Shown here: positions 34,377 through 44,862 of the stretch, piece after piece
How positions within the stretch are numbered: the stretch's first letter is position 1
Layout: the number at the start of each line of letters is the position of its first letter
From: an uncultured delta proteobacterium
Lineage (GTDB): Bacteria; Myxococcota_A; Polyangia; Polyangiales; Polyangiaceae
Direction of reading: 5' to 3'
DNA length: 64,000 nt
NCBI GenBank assembly: GCA_963806225.1
Contig: CAWDXG010000002.1
Location: forward strand, 30,787 to 94,786
Position numbers and translations under genes: made by a program
Notes under the pieces: model-generated
The model's database searches: none
What the model saw: only the letters and a program-made list of their open reading frames with translations
What the model was told of the DNA's origin: nothing

Positions 34377-34973
34377 CTACGGCGCGAGCCGCGTCCACTT
34401 CCAGCCGTCCCCGTCACGGCGATACAGGAAGCGGTCGTGCAGGCGGTGGTCCTGGCCGATCCAGAACTCGAAGTTCTCGGGCAGGATGCGGTAGCCGCCC
34501 CAGTGCGGCGGGCGCGGCACGTCGTGTTCCGCGTACTTCTCCGCCATCTCGGCAAAACCGCGTTCCAGCGCGTCGCGGTCGGGCACCTCGCGGCTCTGGG
34601 GCGAGGCCCAGGCGCCGAGTTGGCTCTCGCGCGGCCGGCTCCTGAAGTACTCGTCCGACTCCTCCTCGGGGAGCCGCTCGACGCGCCCGTCGACGCGCAC
34701 CTGCGCATGCAGCGGCGCCCAGAAGAAGACGATGGCCGCGCGGGGATTGTCGGCGAGGTCTTCGGCCTTGCGGCTCAGGTAGTTGGTGAAGAAGCGGATG
34801 CCGCCTCCGCTCACGCCCTTGTACAGCACCATGCGCACCGACGGGCGTCCGTCGTTCGTGGCGGTAGCGAGCGCGATGGCGTCGGCGAAGGCCGTCCCGG
34901 CCGAGAGGGCCTCCTCGTACCAGGCATCCAGGGTCTCGAAGGGGTCGGCGCCCAGCTCCAGCTTGCGGTCCAT
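34377..34973 (-). CDS. pdxH: Pyridoxamine 5'-phosphate oxidase
   Basis: PSVRMVLYK, FFTNYLSRK, YFRSRPRESQLGAWAS, EFWIGQDHRLHDR. Confidence 0.97.
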   Translation of the reverse strand: MDRKLELGADPFETLDAWYEEALSAGTAFADAIALATATNDGRPSVRMVLYKGVSGGGIRFFTNYLSRKAEDLADNPRAAIVFFWAPLHAQVRVDGRVERLPEEESDEYFRSRPRESQLGAWASPQSREVPDRDALERGFAEMAEKYAEHDVPRPPHWGGYRILPENFEFWIGQDHRLHDRFLYRRDGDGWKWTRLAP

Positions 34974-35018
34974 GCCGGGCTGGATACCAGCTTGCCGCCC
35001 CGCGCGCAGCGACAAGCG

Positions 35019-36023
35019 TCATTCGGCGGCTTCCGGCTTCGACCGCGGCTCCGCGCGCTCCAGAACGGCGGCGCCGCCGCTGGGCCAGGCGATGGGGTGC
35101 GACGGGACGTAGCCGAGCACCTCCCGCGCGCGGGTGCCATCGAGCACCGCACTGAAGTGGAAGCGACGATGGTTCAGGTCGTAGCGGAACTCCATGCCGA
35201 GAGCCGTAGCGCGCACGCGGTACAGCGGCGCCAGAAGCGGCCCCGGCACGGCCAGCCCCCGACGGCCCCACTCACGCACCACCTCGGAAAGCGGCAGGGT
35301 GTCGGCGCCCGGGATGTTGAACACCCCGTCGGCCTCGCTCCGGAGTGCCAGGACCATCGCGTCGACAGCGTCCTCGATGGTCATCAGGTTGAGCATCGGG
35401 TTGAAACCGAGCGGGCGGAAGCACACCGGCGCCGACAGGTAGTCGTACAGCTGGCTGCCCGAGGCGGGCGCCAGGATCTCGGCGCAGCGCAAGACGATGA
35501 TGCGCACCGGCGACAGACCCATGCGCGTACAAACCGTGATGTCCGCTTCGCGGCGATCGCGCACGAACTGGGGCGCGCCCGACGAGAAATCGAGCGGGTG
35601 CTCCTCGCTGATCAGCACCGGACGCCCCGGGTCGATACGATACACGTCACCGTAGCTGCGGAGCACGAACCGGCGCAGGGTCGGGTGGCGCTCGGCCAGG
35701 TACAGAAGCTGGCGCGTCGACTCGACGTTGAGCGCGCGCACGCGACCGCCTTCGTCGATGGCGCTGCGGTGCAGCGCGGTGTGGAGGACGCTCTCGATGC
35801 CGAGCTCGCGCGCGGGACCGAAGAGGAGCCGCCGCACCTCGCGCGGTCGGGTCAGGTCGGCGCGCTCGTAGACGACACGCCCGGAGCCGTAGCCGGGCAG
35901 CGTTGCCGGCTCCGCCTCGGCGCCCACGGCCAGCACCCGCTCGCAATCCGGATCGTCGAGCAGCGCGCGGAGCAGCGCGTGCCCGATGGGCGTGGTGGCG
36001 CCGGTGACCAGCACGCCGCTCAC
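35019..36023 (-). CDS. NAD-dependent epimerase/dehydratase family
   Basis: VLVTGAT..IG Rossmann start, GVFNIPG. Confidence 0.8.
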   Translation of the reverse strand: MSGVLVTGATTPIGHALLRALLDDPDCERVLAVGAEAEPATLPGYGSGRVVYERADLTRPREVRRLLFGPARELGIESVLHTALHRSAIDEGGRVRALNVESTRQLLYLAERHPTLRRFVLRSYGDVYRIDPGRPVLISEEHPLDFSSGAPQFVRDRREADITVCTRMGLSPVRIIVLRCAEILAPASGSQLYDYLSAPVCFRPLGFNPMLNLMTIEDAVDAMVLALRSEADGVFNIPGADTLPLSEVVREWGRRGLAVPGPLLAPLYRVRATALGMEFRYDLNHRRFHFSAVLDGTRAREVLGYVPSHPIAWPSGGAAVLERAEPRSKPEAAE

Positions 36024-36865
36024 CGGAACACCCCCGGGCGTTCGGCCAGGCCCCGCTCGATGAGCGCCGCGACGGCCGCCTTCACCTCCGCCGCGGCCGC
36101 GTCGGTCACTTCGGGATCATCGGCCTCGTCGGGCGGGTAGCGCTCGTGCAGGCACAGCGGCTGTCCGTAGTAGACGTGGTGATGGGTCGGCAGCGGGAAC
36201 GGCGTCGCCGGTATCGGCAGGTACGGTGCTCCAAACGCATGAACGCCGTCGATGCGCGCGATCTGGGCCCAGGATTCCTCCGCCCCGATGACTGCGACCG
36301 GCACGACCGGCGCGCGGTGGCGCAGCGCCAGCTCGACGTGACCAACGCGCCAGTCCTGCAGCTGGTAGCGCTTCTTGTAGCCCTTGCCGATCCCCGGGGT
36401 GCCCTCCGGGAACACCAGCGCCAGCTCGCCGCTCTCGAGCAGATGGCGGAAGTTGCCCCGCGTGCCGCTGACCACGCCCACCCGCGAGAACATCGCTCCC
36501 ACCCACGGCAGGAGCGGGATGAACAGATCGCCGACGGCACGGGGCAGCCGCGGCGGATCGGTGTGCCGCAGCACGTCCATCACCACCACGACACCGTCCA
36601 CCGCCAGAAACCCGCTGTGGTTGCACGCCAGCACCGCGGCCCCCTCCGCGGGTATGTGCTCGGCGCCGTGCGAGCTGACGCGGAAGTAGCGCTCGTACAG
36701 GAAGTTCGACGCACCGACCGCGGCGATCAGCGCCTCGGGCTCCAGCCCCAGGACATCGTAGCCGTGGCCGGCATTCTGGAACTGCAGCTCTGCCAGGCGT
36801 TCGCGCTCCTGCCGCGGCAGAAGTGCGGCGCTCAGGGTGTGGGCGAACCGGGACGCAGCGGTCAT
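36020..36865 (-). CDS. Lysophospholipid acyltransferase (PlsC-like)
   Basis: NHSG...D, FPEG, PVVPVAVIG. Confidence 0.88.
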   Translation of the reverse strand: MTAASRFAHTLSAALLPRQERERLAELQFQNAGHGYDVLGLEPEALIAAVGASNFLYERYFRVSSHGAEHIPAEGAAVLACNHSGFLAVDGVVVVMDVLRHTDPPRLPRAVGDLFIPLLPWVGAMFSRVGVVSGTRGNFRHLLESGELALVFPEGTPGIGKGYKKRYQLQDWRVGHVELALRHRAPVVPVAVIGAEESWAQIARIDGVHAFGAPYLPIPATPFPLPTHHHVYYGQPLCLHERYPPDEADDPEVTDAAAAEVKAAVAALIERGLAERPGVFR

Positions 36866-36880
36866 TCGGCATCATGAACA

Positions 36881-36896
36881 AGCAAGCCACGTTCCA
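36881..36896 (-). promoter_or_regulatory. Sigma54 -24/-12 promoter
   Basis: TGGAACGTGGCTTGCT directly upstream of the acyltransferase-epimerase operon. Confidence 0.6.
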
Positions 36897-37040
36897 CGCT
36901 TCCGGGGCACCCGGGCCGGCGGCGCTGCACGCAGGGCGCGCAAGCCTTGCGTCGAGCCGTCCCCAACCCACAAACTGGAGTCGGTCCGGGCGGCTGGCGG
37001 GGCTATACTCGCGGCCCGACGCCCGAGCCGACCGGAACCC

Positions 37041-39474
37041 TTGAGCCCCGACGACAAGCGACCCGAACCGCACGCAGCGCCGACCCTGGCGGCCAATCCC
37101 GGCTCGCTCCCCGGGAGCTCGCTTTCGAGCATCGGAGATGCGCCCCCCGCCCTCGTCGGTGGCCGCTACCGCATCCTGGGACTGCTCGGCGCCGGCGGAA
37201 TGGGCAGCGTGTACCGCGCTCTGGATGTGGAGCTGGACGAAACGGTAGCGCTCAAGATGCTCCGGCGCGATCTGGTCGATTCGGCGCGCGTCATCGAGCT
37301 GTTCCGCCGCGAGGTCAAGCTCGCCCGACGGGTGACGCACCCGAACGTCGCGCGCACCTTCGACATCGGCGAGCACGAGGGCGACCGATACCTCACGATG
37401 GAGCTCATCGACGGCGAGTCGTTGGCCAGTGTGCTGGGCCGCACGCGCCGCCTGCCCCCGGCGCGCGTGGTGGAGCTGTCGGGGCCGATCTGCGCGGGGC
37501 TCTCGGCAGCGCACGCTGCGGGCGTCGTGCATCGGGATCTCAAGCCGGACAACGTGATGCTCGCGCGCGACGGGCGGGTGGTCATCACCGATTTCGGGGT
37601 GGCGCGGACATCCGCGGGGAACGCCAACGCGACGGTCGGCGTGGCCATCGGCACGCCCGCCTACATGGCGCCGGAGCAGGTGCGCGGCGCCGCCGACGTC
37701 GACGCCCGCGCGGACATCTACGCACTGGGCGTGATGCTGTTCGAGATGTTGACCGGCGAGCTCCCGTTCAAGGGGGACTCGCCGTTCGTGGTGGCCATGG
37801 CGCGCCTCGACGGCGAACCGCCCGATGCGCGGAGCCTCCGCCCCGAGCTGTCGCCAGCGCTGGCCGCCGCAGTGCGGCGCTGCATGGCGCGCGACCGTGC
37901 CACGCGCTTTGCGCGGGCCGAGGACGTCGCGGCCGCGCTGTCGGCTCTGGGCCCGACGGGTCTTTCCGTGATGGCTCCAGCCGATCATTCGACCGGCGTG
38001 TTCGCCCGGACACTGCCGGGCGAGGTCCCGGCAGCCCCGATCGTGACGCCGACGCAGAGCTCGGAGTTCGCCAAGACCGTCGCGGTACTGCCGTTCAGGA
38101 ACGGAGGCCGACCCGACGACGACTACATCGCCGACGGGCTGACCGAGGATTCTGATCGACACCCTGAGCATGACGCGCGGTCTGCGCGTGCGGCCCCGCG
38201 CGCTGGTCGCACGTTTCTCCGGGCAGGACGTTGATCCCCGGCAGGTCGGCGAGGAGCTCGACGTGCAGGTCGTGGTCGACGGATCGGTGCGGCGCCGCGG
38301 CGATGCGCTGCGCGTGGCAGCGAGGCTCCTCAGCGTCAGCGACGGCTTCCAGCTGTGGGCGCGCCGCTTCGACCGTCCGGCGGCGGACCTCCTGGTGGTC
38401 AGCGACGAGGCGGCGGCAGCCATCGCTGAAGCACTGACCGTGGATGCCAACGCACAGCAGCGGCAGGCGCCAAGCGATCCGGTAGCGATCGATCTCTACC
38501 TGCGCGCCCGCGCGGAGCTGCGCCAGAGCTGGGGCGATGCCGTGGAGCGTGCGGTAGAGCTGTTCCGCCAGGCGCGTGAACGCGCGCCCGGCGACCCCAC
38601 CATCATTGCCGGCTATGCGCGCGCGCTGGCCCGCAACTGGTTCTTCAAGTCCGAGGACGCACCGGAGCTGGCCGCCGAGGCGCGCAGCGTCGCGGAACGC
38701 GCCGTGGCGGAAGCGCCCGGGAGCGGCGAGGCTTGGCTGGCGCTGGCCAGCGTGCGCTCGATCGAGGGGCGCGCGCCCGAAGCCGTCCGGGCGCTGAGAA
38801 CCGCGCTGTCGCACGCACCTGCCCTGGCAGAAGCGCACGAGCTGCTCGGCGCGATCCAGCTCGAGACCGACCGTCTGCCGGATGCGATCCACCGGCTGGA
38901 AACGGCGACGACGCTGGATCCGTCGCTCCGCAGGCCGCGTGTGGACATGGCCCGCGCATACGCGCTCCTCGGCGAGTGGGACAAGGTCAAGTCACTGCTC
39001 GACGAGATCGCAGACGACGAGAGCGACGTGGTCTCGGGTGTCGTGATGCGCACGCGGCTCGCGCTCTGGAGCCCGGATCCCCAGGTACTCCTCGCGGATC
39101 TCCGCGAGTTCGAGGTCGGTCCGATGGGCTCGCCAACGCTCTACGCGAAGCTCGTCGTGGACGTCATCGAGCACGACAAGGTCCCGATGGACCAGACGCA
39201 GTACATCATCCAGGCCGCCGAGCAACCGGGGCGCTCGGTACGCTTCCAGACGCTGCTTCTACAACTCGCAGCCGAGGTGCTGGCCTACGCCTGCGAGGTC
39301 GACCCGGCACTGAAGCTGCTCGAACGAGCCGTGCCGCTGGGCTTGATCGACAAGAACTGGCTGGAGCTCTGCCCGCTGCTCGAACCGCTCAGGAGTGATG
39401 CACGCTTCTCGGCAGCGCACGCGATCGTGTCAGCGCGAGCAGCCGAGGTCACGGCGGCGCTGCACGGTCGTTGA
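37041..39474 (+). CDS. Ser/Thr kinase + TolB-like N domain + TPR (+1 frameshift at 38150-38151)
   Basis: GAGGMG, HRDLKPDN, DFG, APE; VAVLPF...ADGLTED then LIDTLS in the next frame. Confidence 0.9.
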
Positions 39475-39575
39475 AGCTCTGGTGTTCGTGGCTTTTTGTT
39501 CCGGGCTACATTGCGTCCGGATAACGGGCGAAGGGGGCACGCCCCGCGCGCGGAGCGGTGCCCCCTCCAGACGGA

Positions 39576-39779
39576 TCAGATCGGGCGGACGTTGTCCGCC
39601 TTCAGCCCCTTGGGGCCCTGGCTGATCTCGAACTCCACCCGCTGCCCCTCGGCAAGAGTGCGGAAGCCGCTCGTCTGGATCGCGCTTTGGTGACAGAAGA
39701 CGTCGTCGCCGCCGTCGTCCTGCCGGATAAAGCCGAAGCCCTTGGAATCATTGAACCACTTGACAGTACCAGTCGCCAT
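39576..39779 (-). CDS. Cold-shock protein (CspA family)
   Basis: [27 protein letters not shown]. Confidence 0.97.
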   Translation of the reverse strand: MATGTVKWFNDSKGFGFIRQDDGGDDVFCHQSAIQTSGFRTLAEGQRVEFEISQGPKGLKADNVRPI

Positions 39780-40035
39780 TTTTGCTTACTTCTCTTTCGC
39801 ATCCGGGTGGCCACGATCAGCCCACCGGAATCAGGTGCTACAGACCCGACGCTCCCGCGTGTACTCCTTCCACGCCCGGAAGTCTGTGAAAAAGGCCCTG
39901 TGCCCGGCCGATTCGCGCAGCCGAGGGGGCCGTTGGCGGCGGATCCGCGCGGATTTCGAGCATCTACCGGGCTCGCAGCCCGCCCGTCGAAAGCTCGACG
40001 AGCGCCGCGCGAGCGGCTAGCACAGGTGCTCTCGC

Positions 40036-40854
40036 ATGGCCGCGCCGCTCCAGTACAAGACCCGGGTGCGCCTGCCCGACGAACCCTGGGCGCCGCCGAT
40101 GCCGCGCCGGCGGCGCGGCCGCCTGGCGCTGCTCGGCGCGACGACATGGCTGGGCCTCGCGCTGCTCTGCTACTCGGTCGCGACCGGCGCGCTGCCACTG
40201 GCGCACTGGCTGGGCGCCCGGCGCGCACCACTCGCCGAGCGCGCGACGGCGTCGCGCTCGGGCCCGCTGCGCGCTCGGGCCGTGCAGGCCGCGGCGATCG
40301 GCAGCGGCGACGCCACCGGCGGAACGTCGGAAGCTCCGGCTGCTGCGCAGAGCGCGATCGAACCGGCCCCCGGCAGCAGCAGCGTTGCGAGCGTCGCGGC
40401 CGCGCCTCCGCCGCGACCCGATCCCGATCGCTACGACTCCAACGGCATCGATCCGTTCGCGGCGTCGGACGGCGTCGGAGACAATGCCCGCGACACCGGG
40501 GAAGCCATCGTCGACGATGCGCCGACCATGGCCACCTCGTCGGGCATCGGACACACCAGCTGCGAGGACGCGATCGAGGCGGACGAGGACCAGAGCGGCC
40601 CGCCTGCCGCCGCCGACCCGCGCGTCGCCAAGCTGGTAGGGAGCGGGCGCTGGTTCAGCGACTGCGGCAGCGTGAAGCTGTTCGAGGTGCACCTGTGCGT
40701 GGCTGTCAAGGGCGGTCGGACGGTGGGAGTGACCGTCCACACTCTGCCTGCCCACCACGCTATCGTAACGTGCATCGCGAACCAGGCCTGGGCGCTCCGG
40801 TTCCCGAAGACCGCAAAGCTCGAAGTAGCCCGTGCGAGCTTCGCACCGGAGTGA
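40036..40854 (+). CDS. Membrane-anchored hypothetical protein, possible AgmX/PglI C-terminal-like domain
   Basis: TM, low-complexity linker, C...V.V..G...CI....LRFP. Confidence 0.55.
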   Translation: MAAPLQYKTRVRLPDEPWAPPMPRRRRGRLALLGATTWLGLALLCYSVATGALPLAHWLGARRAPLAERATASRSGPLRARAVQAAAIGSGDATGGTSEAPAAAQSAIEPAPGSSSVASVAAAPPPRPDPDRYDSNGIDPFAASDGVGDNARDTGEAIVDDAPTMATSSGIGHTSCEDAIEADEDQSGPPAAADPRVAKLVGSGRWFSDCGSVKLFEVHLCVAVKGGRTVGVTVHTLPAHHAIVTCIANQAWALRFPKTAKLEVARASFAPE

Positions 40855-40857
40855 GCG

Positions 40858-41700
40858 CTAGCGCGTACGCGCGCGCCACACGACGAGCGCGACCAGCAGC
40901 AGCGCGAACGCGACGAGCAGTGCCCACTTCCAGACGCTGTTCGGCTGCGCCTCGCCGGACGACGGCGCGGCGACCGCATGTTTCGCGCCTTCGCCATGGC
41001 TCTTCGCGCCGCTCTTGACGGGCGCGCGGTCCGCTGTGGGCTCGCGACGCTTCTTCGCCTGCGCGGGCTTGGCGACGCGTCGGTTCGTCCCGGCCGGCTT
41101 CGCCGCACGCTTCTTCTCGGCCTGCTTGCCTGCACCCTGCTTCTTCGCGGCGGCAGGCTTCGTGGCGGCGCGCTTGCTGGGGGAAGTGCTGCCGGATGAC
41201 CCGGACGCGGCGGCGCGGCGCTTGGCCCGCCGCGGCTTCTTTCGCGAGCGCTTCTGGCTCTTCGCGCGTTCGCGCTGCAGCGCCCGGTAGGCCTTTCTGG
41301 CCGACGGGGTCTGCGCAGGACTGGGACGCAGGCTCGCGGCGTGCTCCGGCGTCGACGCCTTTGCCGCTCCGCCGGCAGCCGTCTGCTTTGGCATCGAGGA
41401 CGCGGTCGGCACGGCCGGCTTGGCGGCGGCTGCCGGCTTGGCGGCGGCTGCCGGCTTGGCCGCGGCTGCCGGCTTGGCCGCGGCTACCGGCTTGGGCGCC
41501 GCGGCTGTCGGCTTGGGGGCTGCCGGCTTCGACGCAGGCGGCGGAGCGGCAGCCGGCTCGGGTTCGCCCCAATCGTCGTCGACGTCGGCGGTGTCGGCCT
41601 GCAGCGACGGCGGTGCAACGGACAGGGGCCGCGGCGGAGCTACCGGGTCGTCCGCAAGATCCCAACCTTCATCGAGTTCGGTATCGGATTCTGAGTTCAT
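40858..41700 (-). CDS. Ala/Lys/Pro-rich protein with C-terminal TM
   Basis: Acidic ELDEGW/DDDW N-terminus, AAAKP repeats, terminal hydrophobic helix. Confidence 0.65.
   Translation of the reverse strand: MNSESDTELDEGWDLADDPVAPPRPLSVAPPSLQADTADVDDDWGEPEPAAAPPPASKPAAPKPTAAAPKPVAAAKPAAAAKPAAAAKPAAAAKPAVPTASSMPKQTAAGGAAKASTPEHAASLRPSPAQTPSARKAYRALQRERAKSQKRSRKKPRRAKRRAAASGSSGSTSPSKRAATKPAAAKKQGAGKQAEKKRAAKPAGTNRRVAKPAQAKKRREPTADRAPVKSGAKSHGEGAKHAVAAPSSGEAQPNSVWKWALLVAFALLLVALVVWRARTR
41414..41530 (-). repeat. 18-bp coding tandem repeat (AAAAKP)
   Basis: ggcttggc(g/c)gcggctgcc repeated about four times, then degenerating. Confidence 0.85.
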
Positions 41701-41835
41701 CCAGGCCCTGGTGCGCGGGTAGATCCCGAGCCGCGCGATCGCGATCGTAGCCCGATGCCCGCCGGCACGGCCAGAAAAGCGGTTGGCGCTCTCCCACCGA
41801 CGAGCACCGCGTTTTCAAGCTGGTATTCTCGCCCG

Positions 41836-43974
41836 GTGCATCCGCTCGTCCCGGCCATCCTCAGCACGCTGTGTGCCGATCTGCTGCTGGTCGGGGTCTT
41901 CGGGTACCTGTACCGCCAGTACCGCGAGCCGTACCTTCGGCTCTGGGGCATCGGCTGGTCGGGCTCGGCGATCCGGCACCTGACGGCCACGCTCGAGCTG
42001 CTGCTCGGGCCGAAGCTCGTGCTGGCCGTGGTGCTCCAGGCCGCCGGGCCCATCGCCCTGCTCTTCATCCTCGGCGGTACGTACAGCTTCGCGTCGCGCC
42101 GCATGCCACGCACCTGGATCGTCGGTGCGTTGGCCGCTGCGGCCTGGGCCGTGCAGGGCGAGATGCGCCACCTGTCTCTCGAGACCACGCGCTTGCCCGC
42201 GTTCGCGTTCATGGGTGCCGTCACGGCATGGACCGGCGTGGTGTTCCTACGGCACACCGAGCGGAGTCCCGGCACGCGCCTGACGGGTTGGTGCCTGGTG
42301 CTCTGGGGCCTGCACCTGATCGACCACCCGTTCCTCAGGGGCGTGACCTGGTTCGCGCCCTGGGGGTACAGCCTGGCTACGGTCCTCGAGCTCGCTGTCG
42401 CAATCGGCATCGTTGTCGTCTACTTCGAGCGGACCCACACGCGCCTGGAGCGCAGCGAACACCGCTTCCGCACCCTGTTCGAGGGCGCGCTCGAAGGCGT
42501 CTATCGCGCGGAAGCGGGCGGACGGCTCTTCGAGGTGAATCCGGCGCTGGTACGGCTTCTGGGCTACGACAGCGGCGACGAGCTCTGCGCGCTCGATCCG
42601 GCCACGGCCCTGTTCGAGGACGCGGGCGCCCGGAACCGGCTCGAGGCCGAGCTCGACTCGCAGGGTCTGGTGCGCGGACAGGAGGTGGTCTGGCTCCGCC
42701 GCAACGGGGAGCCCGTGGTCGTGAGCCTGCACGTGCGCCGCCTCAGCGCACCGGACGGCACGCGCTACGACGAGGGCTTCGTCCGCGACGTGACGGACTC
42801 GCGCCGGCTCGAGGATCGGCTGCGACAGGCGCAGAAGATGGAGGCACTCGGACGGGTTGCGGGCGGCGTGGCGCATGATTTCAACAATCTGCTCACCGTC
42901 ATCCTCGGCAACTTGTCGTTGCTCGAAGCGCGCGTGGCGGACAAGCGCACCGAGCACGAGCTCGTGGAGGCGCTGCAGGACGCCGCGGCGCGCGCGGCAG
43001 GGTTGACCGGGCAGCTTCTGGCTTTCTCGCGCCGACAGGTGTTGAAGACGCAGATCCTCGATCTGGGCGTCCTGACCCAGGGCATGGCGGCGATCCTGGC
43101 CCGGCTGGTCGGCGACAACGTCGAGCTTGCCGTGGAGACATCCGACGCTCCCTGTCGGGTCAAGGCCGATCCCGCGCAGCTCGAGCAGGTGATCCTCAAC
43201 CTGGCGATCAACGCGCGCGACGCCATGCCAGACGGCGGCACGCTGTCACTGTCCACTTCGGGCTCGGCACCCAGCCCCGACCTCCGCAGTCGCCACCCCG
43301 AAGCCAAGGCGGACGCCTACGTAACCCTCGAGGTGAAGGACACAGGCCGCGGGATGGACGAGCGCACGCTGGAGCATCTGTACGAACCATTCTTCACGAC
43401 CAAGAGCGCCGGTCGCGGCACCGGGCTCGGCCTCGCCACGGTGTACGGCATCGTCACGCAGACGGGCGGCTTCATCGACGTGGAGAGCCAGCCAGGCCAG
43501 GGCACCACGTTCCGCGTGTGCCTACCCCTCGCCGATGGAGCCGTCGAAGCCCCTTCGCCATGGAGCTCCCCGGCGCCGGCGCCTGCTTCGCGCACCACGG
43601 TGCTGCTCGTGGAGGACGAACCCTCGCTGCGCCTGCTGGTTGAGCGGGTGCTCCGCGAGGCCGGCTACCACGTGCTGGTGGCGGGTGACGGCCAGCAGGC
43701 CCTGGCGGTGGTGCGCGATGCCGCGTCCCCCATCGATCTGCTGCTCACGGACGTCGTGATGCCGCAAATGAGCGGACCTGCACTGGCCCGCGCGCTGCGC
43801 GAAACGCGAAGCGACCTGCCCGTCGTGTTCGTATCCGGCTACGCCGATCAGCACGCCGAGGCCGGGCTCGACGACGGGTCGCGCTTCCTGCCCAAGCCGT
43901 TCGCACCGGCAGACCTGCTCGAAGTCGTACGGAAGAGCCTGCCCGCGTCGCAGCCGGCCGACAAGGTCGGCTGA
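41836..43974 (+). CDS. Hybrid sensor histidine kinase (7TM-PAS-HisKA-HATPase-REC)
   Basis: AHDFNNLL, NARDAM, EPFFTTK, GTGLGL, LLVEDE, DVVMP, KPF. Confidence 0.96.
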   Translation: MHPLVPAILSTLCADLLLVGVFGYLYRQYREPYLRLWGIGWSGSAIRHLTATLELLLGPKLVLAVVLQAAGPIALLFILGGTYSFASRRMPRTWIVGALAAAAWAVQGEMRHLSLETTRLPAFAFMGAVTAWTGVVFLRHTERSPGTRLTGWCLVLWGLHLIDHPFLRGVTWFAPWGYSLATVLELAVAIGIVVVYFERTHTRLERSEHRFRTLFEGALEGVYRAEAGGRLFEVNPALVRLLGYDSGDELCALDPATALFEDAGARNRLEAELDSQGLVRGQEVVWLRRNGEPVVVSLHVRRLSAPDGTRYDEGFVRDVTDSRRLEDRLRQAQKMEALGRVAGGVAHDFNNLLTVILGNLSLLEARVADKRTEHELVEALQDAAARAAGLTGQLLAFSRRQVLKTQILDLGVLTQGMAAILARLVGDNVELAVETSDAPCRVKADPAQLEQVILNLAINARDAMPDGGTLSLSTSGSAPSPDLRSRHPEAKADAYVTLEVKDTGRGMDERTLEHLYEPFFTTKSAGRGTGLGLATVYGIVTQTGGFIDVESQPGQGTTFRVCLPLADGAVEAPSPWSSPAPAPASRTTVLLVEDEPSLRLLVERVLREAGYHVLVAGDGQQALAVVRDAASPIDLLLTDVVMPQMSGPALARALRETRSDLPVVFVSGYADQHAEAGLDDGSRFLPKPFAPADLLEVVRKSLPASQPADKVG

Positions 43975-44018
43975 CCCGCGACGGGCTCGGTGCGGAAGGC
44001 TGACCCCCAGCTCCGATC

Positions 44019-44724
44019 TCCACTTGCAGGGCTTCACATGCACGCAGGCTCGGCTGACTTCGCGGCCTGCCAGCGTGACGTAGCCGGTCTGCTTCGGCAT
44101 GTCGGTCTTGGTCACGAAGGTCCTCGCCATGGTGAAGACCTTCTTCCCGTCCTTGAAGCCGAACGGATTGAATTGCATGTCGTTCGGCCCGATGTGCAGA
44201 TCCGTCCGCCCAGGCGGGGGTGCACCGAACTTGCCGCACAGCGAGCCTTCGCACGTCAGGTAGCCGTCCGTTCGATAGCCGCGGACCTTGGACTGCCAGC
44301 CCAGCTTGTCGCCATAGAGCTTGCCCTTGGCCACGTTGCCGCACTTGTCCGGAGTAGCGCGCGTGTTCGTGCGGTTCACCACCGTCGTGCTCCAGAACAA
44401 GGTCTTCGTCTTCACCGTGAAGTAGTCCCGCATGCGGTACGACCGCATCTGCACGTCGCCACCGGGCTGGCCGCCCTGGTTCTCGAAGCGCAGCACGACC
44501 CGGCCGGGACCAATCCTGTAGACACCGTCGCCCTGCCCCATCGGCGTGTCGCGGAGCTCGAGGTTGGCGTTCAGCCTGTAGGTCACGTCCCACGCGTCAC
44601 AGCTGCCCTGGTCGAGCGGAGCGGCACCCTCGCCGGCACGCGCCCACGGCACAAGCGCCAGACCGACGCCCGACGCCAGGACCGCGGCCAGCATGATGCG
44701 CGGGAGCTGTCGCGGATGAGCCAT
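44019..44724 (-). CDS. Secreted hypothetical protein (3' end uncertain)
   Basis: Signal peptide ending ARA; as given, the ORF runs about 450 bp antisense into the kinase gene, but deleting one base gives TGA right after HVKPCK. Confidence 0.65.
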
Positions 44725-44735
44725 GCCCCGAAGGG

Positions 44736-44751
44736 TGCATCGACCGTGCCA
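44736..44751 (-). promoter_or_regulatory. Sigma54 -24/-12 promoter
   Basis: TGGCACGGTCGATGCA. Confidence 0.55.
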
Positions 44752-44862
44752 GACGCTCTTCCGCGCGGGCAGATGGTCCTGCTCCGGGCGACGCGCGGCA
44801 GATTGCCACGGCGCTGCAGGCATTTCGCGAAGTGCCGCGCTGATGTCGGGCGTGAAGGCCTG